Virus record (IMG/VR): IMGVR_UViG_3300034122_002202
Span: 32,001-96,000 of that record
Direction: 5' to 3' (one strand)
Length of the DNA: 64,000 nucleotides
Source of the DNA: a virus
Below the pieces are notes generated by a model. That model was not told where the DNA came from, did not search any database, and saw only the letters and a list, made by a program, of their open reading frames with translations. Below, piece by piece: positions 40,269 to 50,398 of this stretch. The translations under genes were made by a program, and so were the position numbers. The first letter of the stretch is position 1, and every line of letters begins with the position of its first letter.

Positions 40269-41648
40269 ATGGCTGGAACATTAACTGATCCAATTCAATC
40301 TTTTTCTATTGCAGAAGATGTTCAATTCTATGAAAATGGAAAAGCAAAGCTATATTTATTTAACATATCTGTATCAGCAAAAATTGTAGCAAGTCAAACA
40401 TTATCTATAGAAAATAAAAAAGCATTCATTCTTGCAAGACAAACAGCAATAATGAATCAGTTCAAAGATTATTCAAACGCATCTGCTAAATATTTTGAAG
40501 TTCAACCAAGAGATGGAACAGCCCCATTTAAGTTTCTTCCTAGAGTTAAAAGCATTAGCTTTAAAGAAGATGTGTGGGTTAATTTTTGTGATTATACAAT
40601 TGAGATGGAAGCTGATGAGATACATATTGGAAAAGCTGATGGAACTAGTTTAAAAGTTCCAAGTTCAACAGTAAACCCATCAGATATAGATGAATCTTGG
40701 AGCACTGAATATAACCAAGAGGATTTGAGGTTAACTAAGGTTGTTCATAAAATTTCAGCAAAATCAAAATCTGTTGGTGCAAAAAAAGGTTGGGAAATAT
40801 CAAAAACAGAAGTTTTAAAAAAGATAGATGCTTTAATTCCTACAGATATACAGAAAGCTTCTACTTCTATAAGTACTTATGAAGCTACTTATGCCAATCC
40901 TTGCAATAAATTAATTAGTTATAATGTTAATCCAAACAATGGTGAGTTTTCTGCCGAAATAAATCTTGTTTATCATGATTCTACAATTTTTAATTCTGAA
41001 TTAGATCAAGATGCCTATGCTTATCATGAACAAACAGTGACAGACAAATCAACGACTGAAAGCTTAAGAGAAAGTTTAAGTATTGAAGGAACAATAACTG
41101 GACTTAATGCATTATCAAGTGGAGATAGATATGCTGCTGCTAATACTTTATGGACAACTGTAAAGACAGCACTAGATACAAAATATTTAGCCTTAACCAT
41201 ATTGTCATTTTCAGAAACCAAAGATTTAGAAAAAGGAATCATTACTTATAATTATGAAATTGAAAATATAAAAAGACCAACTGGATTTAAAAGTGAATCT
41301 ATAAGCGTAACTCTTTTTAATCCAAAGGCAGAATCACTTAAAAATTATGTTATTCATAATACAATATATGGAACTTCTGGACCAATATTTCAAGATATTA
41401 ATACAAAAAAAGTAAGAACTATGTCTGTAACAATAGAAAGAATTGGAACTGAGGCTACTCCAGATACATTAACTGGATATCAACCAACAGGAAGTGTTAT
41501 TGAATCAGACTCTATTAACTTTACTGCACAAAATAAAAAAATATCAAGAACAACAACATTTATGTGGGCAGATGATTCTATACAAGATTTTCCAACTGCT
41601 CCTGCCGTTAATTTTGCCGTGTTAAAAACTGCAATACCAAGACCATAA
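40269..41648 (+). CDS. Putative distal tail protein, paralogue A
   Basis: Downstream of TMP; shares CDYTI, DE(S/T)WS, GTITG and GPI.Q...TKK with the next gene. Confidence 0.55.
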   Translation: MAGTLTDPIQSFSIAEDVQFYENGKAKLYLFNISVSAKIVASQTLSIENKKAFILARQTAIMNQFKDYSNASAKYFEVQPRDGTAPFKFLPRVKSISFKEDVWVNFCDYTIEMEADEIHIGKADGTSLKVPSSTVNPSDIDESWSTEYNQEDLRLTKVVHKISAKSKSVGAKKGWEISKTEVLKKIDALIPTDIQKASTSISTYEATYANPCNKLISYNVNPNNGEFSAEINLVYHDSTIFNSELDQDAYAYHEQTVTDKSTTESLRESLSIEGTITGLNALSSGDRYAAANTLWTTVKTALDTKYLALTILSFSETKDLEKGIITYNYEIENIKRPTGFKSESISVTLFNPKAESLKNYVIHNTIYGTSGPIFQDINTKKVRTMSVTIERIGTEATPDTLTGYQPTGSVIESDSINFTAQNKKISRTTTFMWADDSIQDFPTAPAVNFAVLKTAIPRP

Positions 41649-41660
41649 CAGGAACATTAT

Positions 41661-43016
41661 ATGCCTACAAATTCCCCATTTTATACGCCTAGAGAACCAC
41701 TAATACCAAATAGTATGGCTATGACATTAAATGAAATGGAATTAATACCAACTCCATTAATGACCATTAGTCAACAATCAGAATTTAAAGAAAATGGGGA
41801 AGTAAAAACAATCACAAGGCAAGTAGAATTGAAAGGAAAAATTTTAGCTGTTGATCCAGTACAAGGAGAACAAGAACCAATTGGAGCAACGCCATTAGAT
41901 ATAGATAAAAAAAAGTTGAGTTTACTCAGAAATAAAATAGCAAATTTAGAATCAGTATTAGTTCATGACATAAATAATATAAATATAACAACACCAATAG
42001 TTGGACCAAATTTATCTCAATTGCCAAACTTAACTGAAAAATTTAAATTAAAATCAAAAAACTTTCAAATTAACGAAGCAAGTTTAATATGCGATTATAC
42101 GATATCCTTAGAGCAGATAGTTTTAGACACACAAGAACCAGATGAAACTTGGTCATTAGATCCAGCAGATGAATATGGAAGATTTGTAAAAATAAATAGA
42201 ACTAGAAGTATACAAGTAAAAAGCATAGAAACTGAAGATCCAACAGAAATAGATTATAACTTAGCAATTAAAAAATTAAAACCATCTACTTCAATTGTAG
42301 ATGCCTCTACATATTTAACTGTTCCAACAGGTGGGCTTTATAATAAAACAACTAGTTATTCAGTAAATACTTATAAGAATAGTGTAGAGTGCAATGAATC
42401 TTGGATTATATCAACTAATCCATATGTAATAGAACAAACAACAACCACTAAAGAATCTTCTGAATCTATATATAAATCTGCAAGTTTGCAAGGAACTATA
42501 ACTGGATATGAAGGAGAAGGAAAGACAAAGTATGCTAATGCGGAAGATAAATTAAAAGCAATTAAAAAAGCTAACCCTTGGGAAATAGGTAAGACATACA
42601 CTATTGGATCAATAACTGGTAAAGTAAAGTCTATTTCTGAAGGAACAAATAAAATATCTGGAGTAATAACCTTTTCTGTAGATATTTCTGAAGGTATAGA
42701 AGAGACAGGAGAAAGAACAAAGTCTATTACTTGGACAGATACGCCACCCTTAATTAATTTTGTTTCAATTGTAGCAATTGGTAAACCAGAAGGTCCAATT
42801 ATACAAAAATTAACAACAAAAAAAAATGGTGTTAAAACTGTAAATGTAGAGGTATTATACAATGAACCAGTTGATTCTCTTGGAAAAATAAAAATTCCGA
42901 CAGATGTTGATAGCTACAAACCAAATTCAACAGATATGTTTCTTGAAAAAGATGATGTGACTTATGATTATAAAACTGGTAAAATAACTCGTTCTGTAGT
43001 TTGGAATTACAACTAG
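41661..43016 (+). CDS. Putative distal tail protein, paralogue B
   Basis: Same shared motifs as paralogue A. Confidence 0.55.
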   Translation: MPTNSPFYTPREPLIPNSMAMTLNEMELIPTPLMTISQQSEFKENGEVKTITRQVELKGKILAVDPVQGEQEPIGATPLDIDKKKLSLLRNKIANLESVLVHDINNINITTPIVGPNLSQLPNLTEKFKLKSKNFQINEASLICDYTISLEQIVLDTQEPDETWSLDPADEYGRFVKINRTRSIQVKSIETEDPTEIDYNLAIKKLKPSTSIVDASTYLTVPTGGLYNKTTSYSVNTYKNSVECNESWIISTNPYVIEQTTTTKESSESIYKSASLQGTITGYEGEGKTKYANAEDKLKAIKKANPWEIGKTYTIGSITGKVKSISEGTNKISGVITFSVDISEGIEETGERTKSITWTDTPPLINFVSIVAIGKPEGPIIQKLTTKKNGVKTVNVEVLYNEPVDSLGKIKIPTDVDSYKPNSTDMFLEKDDVTYDYKTGKITRSVVWNYN

Positions 43017-43023
43017 GTGAAAA

Positions 43024-46000
43024 ATGGCTACTACTGATTTTGCTAGAAAAAGATTTTTAGATTTAACTGTTGTAGATTTTTCTTCATCTGTTGGATGGAA
43101 TGATTCAGAATCATCTGTAACCATAAATCTTGCTCCAGAAGATGGAGAAACTATAAAGTCATATAAATTAGGGGAACCACTTGAATTTGAAATGGGTTCT
43201 TTTAAATTTAATGGTTTTTTAGATAGAGTAATTGAAAAACATAATGGTAGTGGTTTTACTTATGAAATAAAACTTAACGATGGAAAAGATTTAATTAGAA
43301 ATGTTGAGTGTATTACATCTTTATATGGAACTTCAGATCCAAAAGAAGATGCACCAATAATAAATTTGTTTAATGTTTTTAGGTATCATGAATCTAAAAG
43401 TTTTGGTGCTAGTCAAACTAATGATACTGGAATGCCATATCAAAAATTTGAAGAAGCAGTAAATTATTTGTCTGCTAAATATGGAATTATTTCAGCAGGG
43501 AACGCATACTCAATTAAATTAGATTTTGCTTCACAACTACCAAAGTATTATAGGGTTGATGTTCCAAATATAAATTTGATGGATTTAATATCAAAAGTTT
43601 GTGATGACTTAGGATTACTTTATAGAATTGAACTTGATCCTATATTAAAAGTTTTTACTATAAAAACTACAAGTTTGGCAAATAATCCAGCCAATCAAAA
43701 AGTTAATGATGTGATTAAAGATCTTGCTAAAAATAAAGATGTTATATCTTGGGATGCTGGAGTTGAATCAACAAATAATATAGATTCTAACTTTATGTTA
43801 TGGGGTGGACAAAAAGAACATACCTTTGGATTTAATTGCTCATTAGACGATAGAATAAAACAATTTTTAGGATATGATATTGAAGGAACGCCATATTGGG
43901 TTTCAACTAAGTATGTTCCATATACAACATATTCATGCCCTTATTTGGGTGCTAGTTTAAGTTTTATTGATTTTGAAAAAAAATCTCATGCAGCAGCACC
44001 AGGATATTTTTGTTTTCCGATAAAAGGAATTGAAGATATAATTTCTTCAGATGGCGGTTTATTTATTACTTTGGATATAGCTCAAGTAGCAATAATATTG
44101 GGTGGACAACAAGATCTTTGGGAGTTGTACTTAGAAATAAGACAAGATCAAGGAGTAAGCGATTATTACCAACAAATATTTTTAAAACCACCTAGACTTT
44201 TTATAGCTCAAGTTGCAAACTTTATGCACTTTGGTGGATCAGATGAATATCCTGTCACAAGAATTTTTGGAGAAAAAGAAAATGATGTTGGCGTAATAAG
44301 AGGAACAAGAGTTTTTTCTTATTTGAAGCAATCTTTAGAAGCATATTTAGGCAAATCTTTTATGTTGCCAGTAAATTATAATGGAGCATTAACTAGCGAT
44401 TATAATATAAATGCATCAGATCCAACATCAAAAACAGATGGTCTTTTAGCAGGAAAACAAAAACTAGAATGGTATACAGATGAAGACGCTTTAACTCCTT
44501 CTGTATCTACAGACTATAGTATAAGTCTTGGCATTTCATATGTTTGGATTGAACCATCAACAGGTGCTGCAAGAACATCTAAGTCATCTTTAAATACAAG
44601 CACATTAAGTAAGACACAATATAATCAATTGTTTTCTGGACCAACCACATATAAATATAATGGAGATAGACTTACATATTATACATCAGCAGGAGCAGAA
44701 ATAACAAGTTTTGCTTTGCCATATTCTTCTTTTAACGCACCAGTACCATTTCCAGGTGGTTCTATGGGTGCTGGAAGTCAACTTGGAGTTAATTTAAAAT
44801 CAGCATCAGTAACTGAAACACCAAAAAGAATATACAACATTGTTCCTACTGACACAGGTTGGACAGAACCAGCATTATTAGATGCAATTATTGGATCTAA
44901 CACTCCAAAGGAGTACATATATGGAAACATTTTAGATGCAAATGGCAAAACAAATAATTATATGACATTTAAAAAAAATTCTGGTAATTTTATTTTTGAA
45001 AACAGTGAAGAAACATTTTTAGTTGATGATATTTTGTGGGTAAAGTGTTCTGTAAATTCAGAATATGCACTAATAGATAATCAAGAACATGTATCAATAA
45101 CAACAACAAATGCTGTAACTATATTTGATGAATTAATTGTTAATGAAGTTGGTTATTTTAATTTAACAAATTGTTTTTTTGGAATAAGAGACAAGAATAG
45201 TGTTTTAGGTCAGTCTATGACACTAAAAACTGGTCTTTTGCCAATATCTCCAAGTGGAGTATTAGTCAATTTTAAATCAACTAGAAATGATTTTTATGGT
45301 CCTTGGTATTTTGGAAATACTGTTGGTGGAAAAACAGTTGTTCAAAAAGATGATTCTTTAGTTCCTTGGACATTTAATTCTTCATCTATTTTAGAGACTG
45401 CTGCATCAGGAAAATTAAAAGACATTGTTCCAATACCATATATGGAAACAGGAACATTGACTAAGGTTGGATTACCAGAACATAGTTTGGGCGATGAAAT
45501 TGTTGCAAATGGACCAATACTAACATCTTTATCGTGTACCTATGGATCTTCTGGAGTAACTACACAATATTCATTTAGAACATTCACACCAAAATTTGGT
45601 CTACCATCAAGATACTTAAATGAAAGACTTAAAAAAACAGCCATAAAAGCTTACTCTGACAGAAAAAATCTTTTGGCATTATATAATGAATCACTTAAAA
45701 AAATTCAAGCTGTAAATAGAAGAAGGGCTGGATTTGCAATATCATCATTCTTTTTAGACTACTTAGGAAGAAGGAACGATAGAAATACGCCACATACAAA
45801 TATTATTATGGCACAAATAGCTGGTAGATATGGACCAACAAAAATAATTGGTGCTACTTTAAGTAACAGAGAAACAAACGCTGCAATTCATTCTCAAAGT
45901 GGAAAATATTTTAATAAAGGTGGCGTATCTCTAGATGGTTTATTTTCTCCATTCAATAATTTTTATAGCGGAATGTTATCTTCAAGTACAGCAACACCTG

Positions 46001-46878
46001 TTGGAGCACTCACACAATCAGATGCAAATATACCAACATCGTTTACATATAACCCTTTTAAAACTGGATCATATATAGCAAACATGGTTTCTGCTGGTGG
46101 ATCATGGGCTACATATGATGCTATAGGGGGGCAAAACGGAATTCTTGGTGGACAACCGATTGGTCTTCGTGGACCAATAATGGTTAGTGGTTGGGGAACA
46201 GATTTATTTACAAAACAAATTGTTCCAAATCAAAACGCTTATAGTACAGCAGCAGGATTTGCTGGACCAGTAGATTTAATGTGGGATAGTGCAAGAAGTT
46301 TATGGACTTCGCACGATATATTTCTTGGGCAAGCAACTTCTCCTATTGCTGCATACGACTTACTACTTGGTTCAAATTTCCCAACTGGAAATGTTGCATT
46401 GCAAACATCTTCGGGTGGTTCGCCAACTGCTGTAATGTCTGTACCAGTAAAGAACATAGGAAAAGAAATACCGCAAGGATCTCCTGTCATTGCCAAATAC
46501 TCTGTATATGATGGAAATTGGTATGTTGAAGGTCAAGGCACAACTACTACTACCACTAGCACTGCACCACCCCCACCGCCAGAACCACCGCCACCAACAC
46601 CAGAACCATGCACAGAATCTATAGAAGTTGTTTCTGGTGTAACTTGTGGTTCAGATGGATCTATAACTGTTGATAAAATTACTATTAATGTGCCATGTGG
46701 TAGTACAACAGTAACAACAACACAAAGTCCTTGGTATTTAAATGATGTTTCTGATCCATTAGCTTCTTATCGCCCATGCTATGCATGTAGTCAAACTAGA
46801 GGAAATGTTGTTCAAACCTTTAGCGATCAAGGAAATTGTAATTTTGTACGGGAAATGAGGCAACATCCTAATTGTTAA
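43024..46878 (+). CDS. Putative tail tip/hub protein with Thr/Pro linker and Cys-rich C-terminus
   Basis: N-terminal hub-like beta pattern (FSSSVGWN...FKFNGFL...LMDLISKVCDDLG); synteny; TTTTTSTAPPPP linker. Confidence 0.6.
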   Translation: MATTDFARKRFLDLTVVDFSSSVGWNDSESSVTINLAPEDGETIKSYKLGEPLEFEMGSFKFNGFLDRVIEKHNGSGFTYEIKLNDGKDLIRNVECITSLYGTSDPKEDAPIINLFNVFRYHESKSFGASQTNDTGMPYQKFEEAVNYLSAKYGIISAGNAYSIKLDFASQLPKYYRVDVPNINLMDLISKVCDDLGLLYRIELDPILKVFTIKTTSLANNPANQKVNDVIKDLAKNKDVISWDAGVESTNNIDSNFMLWGGQKEHTFGFNCSLDDRIKQFLGYDIEGTPYWVSTKYVPYTTYSCPYLGASLSFIDFEKKSHAAAPGYFCFPIKGIEDIISSDGGLFITLDIAQVAIILGGQQDLWELYLEIRQDQGVSDYYQQIFLKPPRLFIAQVANFMHFGGSDEYPVTRIFGEKENDVGVIRGTRVFSYLKQSLEAYLGKSFMLPVNYNGALTSDYNINASDPTSKTDGLLAGKQKLEWYTDEDALTPSVSTDYSISLGISYVWIEPSTGAARTSKSSLNTSTLSKTQYNQLFSGPTTYKYNGDRLTYYTSAGAEITSFALPYSSFNAPVPFPGGSMGAGSQLGVNLKSASVTETPKRIYNIVPTDTGWTEPALLDAIIGSNTPKEYIYGNILDANGKTNNYMTFKKNSGNFIFENSEETFLVDDILWVKCSVNSEYALIDNQEHVSITTTNAVTIFDELIVNEVGYFNLTNCFFGIRDKNSVLGQSMTLKTGLLPISPSGVLVNFKSTRNDFYGPWYFGNTVGGKTVVQKDDSLVPWTFNSSSILETAASGKLKDIVPIPYMETGTLTKVGLPEHSLGDEIVANGPILTSLSCTYGSSGVTTQYSFRTFTPKFGLPSRYLNERLKKTAIKAYSDRKNLLALYNESLKKIQAVNRRRAGFAISSFFLDYLGRRNDRNTPHTNIIMAQIAGRYGPTKIIGATLSNRETNAAIHSQSGKYFNKGGVSLDGLFSPFNNFYSGMLSSSTATPVGALTQSDANIPTSFTYNPFKTGSYIANMVSAGGSWATYDAIGGQNGILGGQPIGLRGPIMVSGWGTDLFTKQIVPNQNAYSTAAGFAGPVDLMWDSARSLWTSHDIFLGQATSPIAAYDLLLGSNFPTGNVALQTSSGGSPTAVMSVPVKNIGKEIPQGSPVIAKYSVYDGNWYVEGQGTTTTTTSTAPPPPPEPPPPTPEPCTESIEVVSGVTCGSDGSITVDKITINVPCGSTTVTTTQSPWYLNDVSDPLASYRPCYACSQTRGNVVQTFSDQGNCNFVREMRQHPNC

Positions 46879-46916
46879 AATTAACATTTGCACATATAGA
46901 TTAAGGTTAATTAATA

Positions 46917-48557
46917 ATGGCAGAAACATGCGACTGTTGTTTAGATAAATGGTGTTTAATTGAAAACACTCCAGATTGCTTTGTTTGCTCTAGAAATTGC
47001 GAAAATAGAGTGGCAGAATTTGATACACAACAACTTTGTGAGTCAGCTAGACCTGCATACAATGTAAACTGTAAGGTAGAATTATTTCAAAATCCAGATT
47101 GTTGGGAATGTCAATTTTCTGCTAATGGTTCATATAGTGGTCCAGATAGATATGCTTTGTGTTTAGCAGATGCGGAAATGCTAAATCAATACATACCTGG
47201 GTGTTATGACTACTGTTATTTAATTAAATATTGTGGGTCTATAACACCAACAAGTACAACTTATAGTGGGTGTTGTTATCAATACTATTGTGATTCAAGT
47301 GGAATGTTAAATCCTACTGGAAATTATATTAATTGTCCTTTAGGAACCCCGATTGATTATTGTTACACTCATTGTTATGATGAAAATTCAACTTGTAATG
47401 GTGCAATGCCCTATTATTTTTCTGATAGCCCATGTCCAATATCCTTAACTCCAAGCCCAAGCCCTGCTACTACAACATGCCCACCATGCTATAAGTGCAG
47501 CCAAAATGCTGGAGCAGGAGAAACAATAGTAGATACATTTAGGGGTCCAAATGCATGTGTATCATGTTCTAGCGTTTTAGAATCCTATAATGTAAATTGT
47601 TCAACGACTACAACGACAACTCATAATCCATGTGCTTCACCTCCGTGTTGCCCTGATGAAACTGGAACTAGATGTGGAACTAATTGCTGTTGCTGCGGTG
47701 GTGGATTAGCACCAACAGGTCCAAATTGTGAATGTCTGCCATGTGGCAGTTCTAGAGAAGAGTGTGAGGGAACAAGTACTACCTCTACCTCTACGAGTAC
47801 TAGTACAAGTACCTCTACAAGCACAACAAATACAACATCTAATCCAATTTATTGTAGTCTTTACTCTTGTAGATGGCGAGCCGTTGGAAATCAAAGCATG
47901 GGTTATGAATGGGTTATATTTAATAATAGTTGTCCACCGCCATGTACATGTTCAGATATGCCAAATTATATGGGTAATCCAGAAGCTCTATATGCAGATA
48001 TCCCATGTTCTGGAATCAATGCAACTACAACACCTTCGCCAAATTGCATGTCATTACAATGTACATATTGGTCTGGAATGTTGGGTGTTGAATGGACATT
48101 ATTTAATTCTGGTTGTATGCCACCATGTGTATGTGGTCCAGCACCATCTGGCTTTCCAGTTGAACAATATCAATACTCATTAGCTCCATGTGTAGAAGGA
48201 ACTAGTACATCGACATCGACCTCTACCTCTACGAGTACCAGTACATCAACAAGCACTTCGACTTCGACAAGTACCAGTACATCGACTAGTACGACAGAAA
48301 CACCGACCACTACGAGTACCAGTACATCGACTAGTACGACAGAAACACCGACCAGTACGACAGAAACACCGACCAGTACGACAAATCCTAGCATGGGAAC
48401 ATGTACTCAATATACCTGTGATGGAGATGGCTTTTTGATATTTATTAATAGTGTTTCATCTACTGAGGCCAATTGTGGTAGCAGTTATTGTTATGGTAAT
48501 TGTTATGCAGACGAATCATGTAGAGGGCAAACAGCCTATCTATATTCACCCCCTTAA
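46917..48557 (+). CDS. Cys-rich protein with Ser/Thr-rich linkers
   Basis: Several duplicated Cys modules; (TS)n tracts near 47772-47840 and 48201-48385. Confidence 0.7.
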   Translation: MAETCDCCLDKWCLIENTPDCFVCSRNCENRVAEFDTQQLCESARPAYNVNCKVELFQNPDCWECQFSANGSYSGPDRYALCLADAEMLNQYIPGCYDYCYLIKYCGSITPTSTTYSGCCYQYYCDSSGMLNPTGNYINCPLGTPIDYCYTHCYDENSTCNGAMPYYFSDSPCPISLTPSPSPATTTCPPCYKCSQNAGAGETIVDTFRGPNACVSCSSVLESYNVNCSTTTTTTHNPCASPPCCPDETGTRCGTNCCCCGGGLAPTGPNCECLPCGSSREECEGTSTTSTSTSTSTSTSTSTTNTTSNPIYCSLYSCRWRAVGNQSMGYEWVIFNNSCPPPCTCSDMPNYMGNPEALYADIPCSGINATTTPSPNCMSLQCTYWSGMLGVEWTLFNSGCMPPCVCGPAPSGFPVEQYQYSLAPCVEGTSTSTSTSTSTSTSTSTSTSTSTSTSTSTSTTETPTTTSTSTSTSTTETPTSTTETPTSTTNPSMGTCTQYTCDGDGFLIFINSVSSTEANCGSSYCYGNCYADESCRGQTAYLYSPP

Positions 48558-48589
48558 TGCTAGTATGTAAGATGAAAAAAGTGAATTGC

Positions 48590-48600
48590 GGTGTATATAA
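48590..48600 (+). promoter_or_regulatory. Putative late-promoter motif GGTGTATATAA
   Basis: Intergenic, upstream of the AAGGAG RBS of 48622. Confidence 0.55.
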
Positions 48601-48621
48601 CTATATCTAAGGAGAAAAATC

Positions 48622-49236
48622 ATGGCTACATTTGCTTTTTATTCAGCAGGAAACGACATAGGTTCAAGTGGCGTGGGCTTTTTTGGAAGCTCTGGATTTG
48701 GATCATCTGTTTCTGTAGGTGCGTATCAAGATTCTACCTATATAACTAACAGTAATGGCACTATTGCTGGTGCTGCACTAAATAATATTAAATATTCTCA
48801 TCCAAGTTCTGGCATAGTTAATGGAATTGGATCTCCAAGCGGTTTAAATCTTCAAGCAATAACCAATGCTCAAGCCAGTTTAAATGTGCGTTTTACCCAT
48901 ACTAGCCCAGTAGCCACACAGAATGTAAAGTTAAGGATCTACGACAGATCAAACATTAACAATGCAGCTAGTGGTGTTACTACTAAAGTTGCAGAAATTA
49001 TTCATCCAACCTTAACTAATGTTTCAGATGGTTCTGGATCTGCTTCTTGGCAAACGCCAGCAGGATCTGGATCAATTGTATCATTAGCTAATTCGCCTGG
49101 AATGTCAGGCTTAAGTCCAAACGGAAGTGGAACAACGGCAGACAGGCACGATTGGTTTCTTGCTTTATCTGCATCTCCAGATTCAATTGGTTCAAAAACC
49201 CAATATGCTATGTGGGTTGAACTTGAGTATCTCTAA
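48622..49236 (+). CDS. Hypothetical virion protein
   Basis: Strong RBS; Gly/Ser-rich beta protein; last gene of the plus-strand block. Confidence 0.6.
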   Translation: MATFAFYSAGNDIGSSGVGFFGSSGFGSSVSVGAYQDSTYITNSNGTIAGAALNNIKYSHPSSGIVNGIGSPSGLNLQAITNAQASLNVRFTHTSPVATQNVKLRIYDRSNINNAASGVTTKVAEIIHPTLTNVSDGSGSASWQTPAGSGSIVSLANSPGMSGLSPNGSGTTADRHDWFLALSASPDSIGSKTQYAMWVELEYL

Positions 49237-49366
49237 GTTTAAGTTCTTCTTTAATTAATTTAGAAATCTCCTTTGACCATTCGGTATCATATCCGTCTAG
49301 CCAAAGGAGTTCTTTTTTAAGCTCTTCAGTCTTTAAAGAGCTAACATCAATACCAACATCACTCAT
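49208..49366 (-). CDS. Small hypothetical protein (52 aa)
   Basis: Start MSDVGID overlaps the stop of 49359..49727 (ATGAGTGA). The ORF-track extension to 49540 is probably spurious. Confidence 0.55.
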   Translation of the reverse strand: MSDVGIDVSSLKTEELKKELLWLDGYDTEWSKEISKLIKEELKLRDTQVQPT

Positions 49367-49727
49367 CTTTGTTTTCGCCTCGGTATTTGCTCCAACCATT
49401 ATGTGGTCCATAAGAACCAGCTTCACGATCAGGCTTGCCATTAGCATCAAGCTTGCGTACTGGGAAAATCCCACCACCATCTTGTCGCTGCCCATAAGAC
49501 AATCTTGCCCTACATTTTGAGTTAGTGCAACCCATCTCAAAATATTCGTAGACTTTCTTGTTTTTCTCTACGGATCGTGTTTTTGGCATAATTGCGGTAT
49601 TGCCACACAACCCACACTTTTCTTCATTAAAGATTTCGGAAATGCCTCCTACTTCTCTAAACACATCTTTAACAGAGTCACAATCAATTTCAATTGTGCA
49701 AAACTTTGTTGGGATAATAGCCTTCAT
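49359..49727 (-). CDS. Zn-finger hypothetical protein
   Basis: CGLC...CTNSKC; GGAGG RBS. Confidence 0.65.
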   Translation of the reverse strand: MKAIIPTKFCTIEIDCDSVKDVFREVGGISEIFNEEKCGLCGNTAIMPKTRSVEKNKKVYEYFEMGCTNSKCRARLSYGQRQDGGGIFPVRKLDANGKPDREAGSYGPHNGWSKYRGENKDE

Positions 49728-49729
49728 AA

Positions 49730-50395
49730 TTACTTCCTCCAGTTAGAGTTATAGCCCTTGAACTTAACATTAATAGACGCTTGATTTCTTTGCATTTCAG
49801 ACAAATGTGATATTACAGCAACTGCTGACTTGTATGGAATTTCTTCAAGCTTTCCATTAAAGTTAAAATCCTTTGCTGCACCCAAATAAGCTGGCACATT
49901 GATATCATTTCTTTGGCAGAGAGTTTCTATGAAATTCATCTGCGTAGGAGTTATTTTACCATTAACCCCAGTTTCTTCAAGAGGAACTAGCCCTGCCTCT
50001 TCAGCAGCGATTACTTTGCGTAATTTAAGCAGCTTCCTCAATGCTCGACCTTCAGCCCTAGTTTCAGCTATTGCAGAAGAATAGACAGCAAATCGGTGGT
50101 CACAATTGCCAGGATAGCAATCAGCTACACTTTGTTGCGATACTACCTCTTCTCCAATACGAACTGTAACTTCATATTCAACAACACATCTATTATCATT
50201 TTGAGGTGTTGGTGATTGTACAACTTTGGCATTTCCATCAATAATTGGCCCAAGAAGTAGTTCTGTAACTCTCCTTAAACCATCTACTGTTGGATTTCCA
50301 TCAGCTAGTTCATCTGGACCAAAATGAGATAGGACATACTCATTCCAATCTCTACTAGTTCTAAGAGGAATTTCATTCTCTTCTTCATCTAACAT
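49730..50395 (-). CDS. Putative Rad52/Sak-like single-strand annealing protein
   Basis: GLRRV..LLG, ADC, AETRAEGRALRKLL, and C-terminal IT..Q..FI..L helix. Confidence 0.55.
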   Translation of the reverse strand: MLDEEENEIPLRTSRDWNEYVLSHFGPDELADGNPTVDGLRRVTELLLGPIIDGNAKVVQSPTPQNDNRCVVEYEVTVRIGEEVVSQQSVADCYPGNCDHRFAVYSSAIAETRAEGRALRKLLKLRKVIAAEEAGLVPLEETGVNGKITPTQMNFIETLCQRNDINVPAYLGAAKDFNFNGKLEEIPYKSAVAVISHLSEMQRNQASINVKFKGYNSNWRK

Positions 50396-50398
50396 TAA

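Noticed and set aside
46873-46916. AT-rich imperfect inverted repeats (tgttaa/ttaaca, aattaac/gttaatt) between the tail tip and Cys-rich genes
   Set aside because: Expected by chance at this AT content; no GC stem or U-tract.
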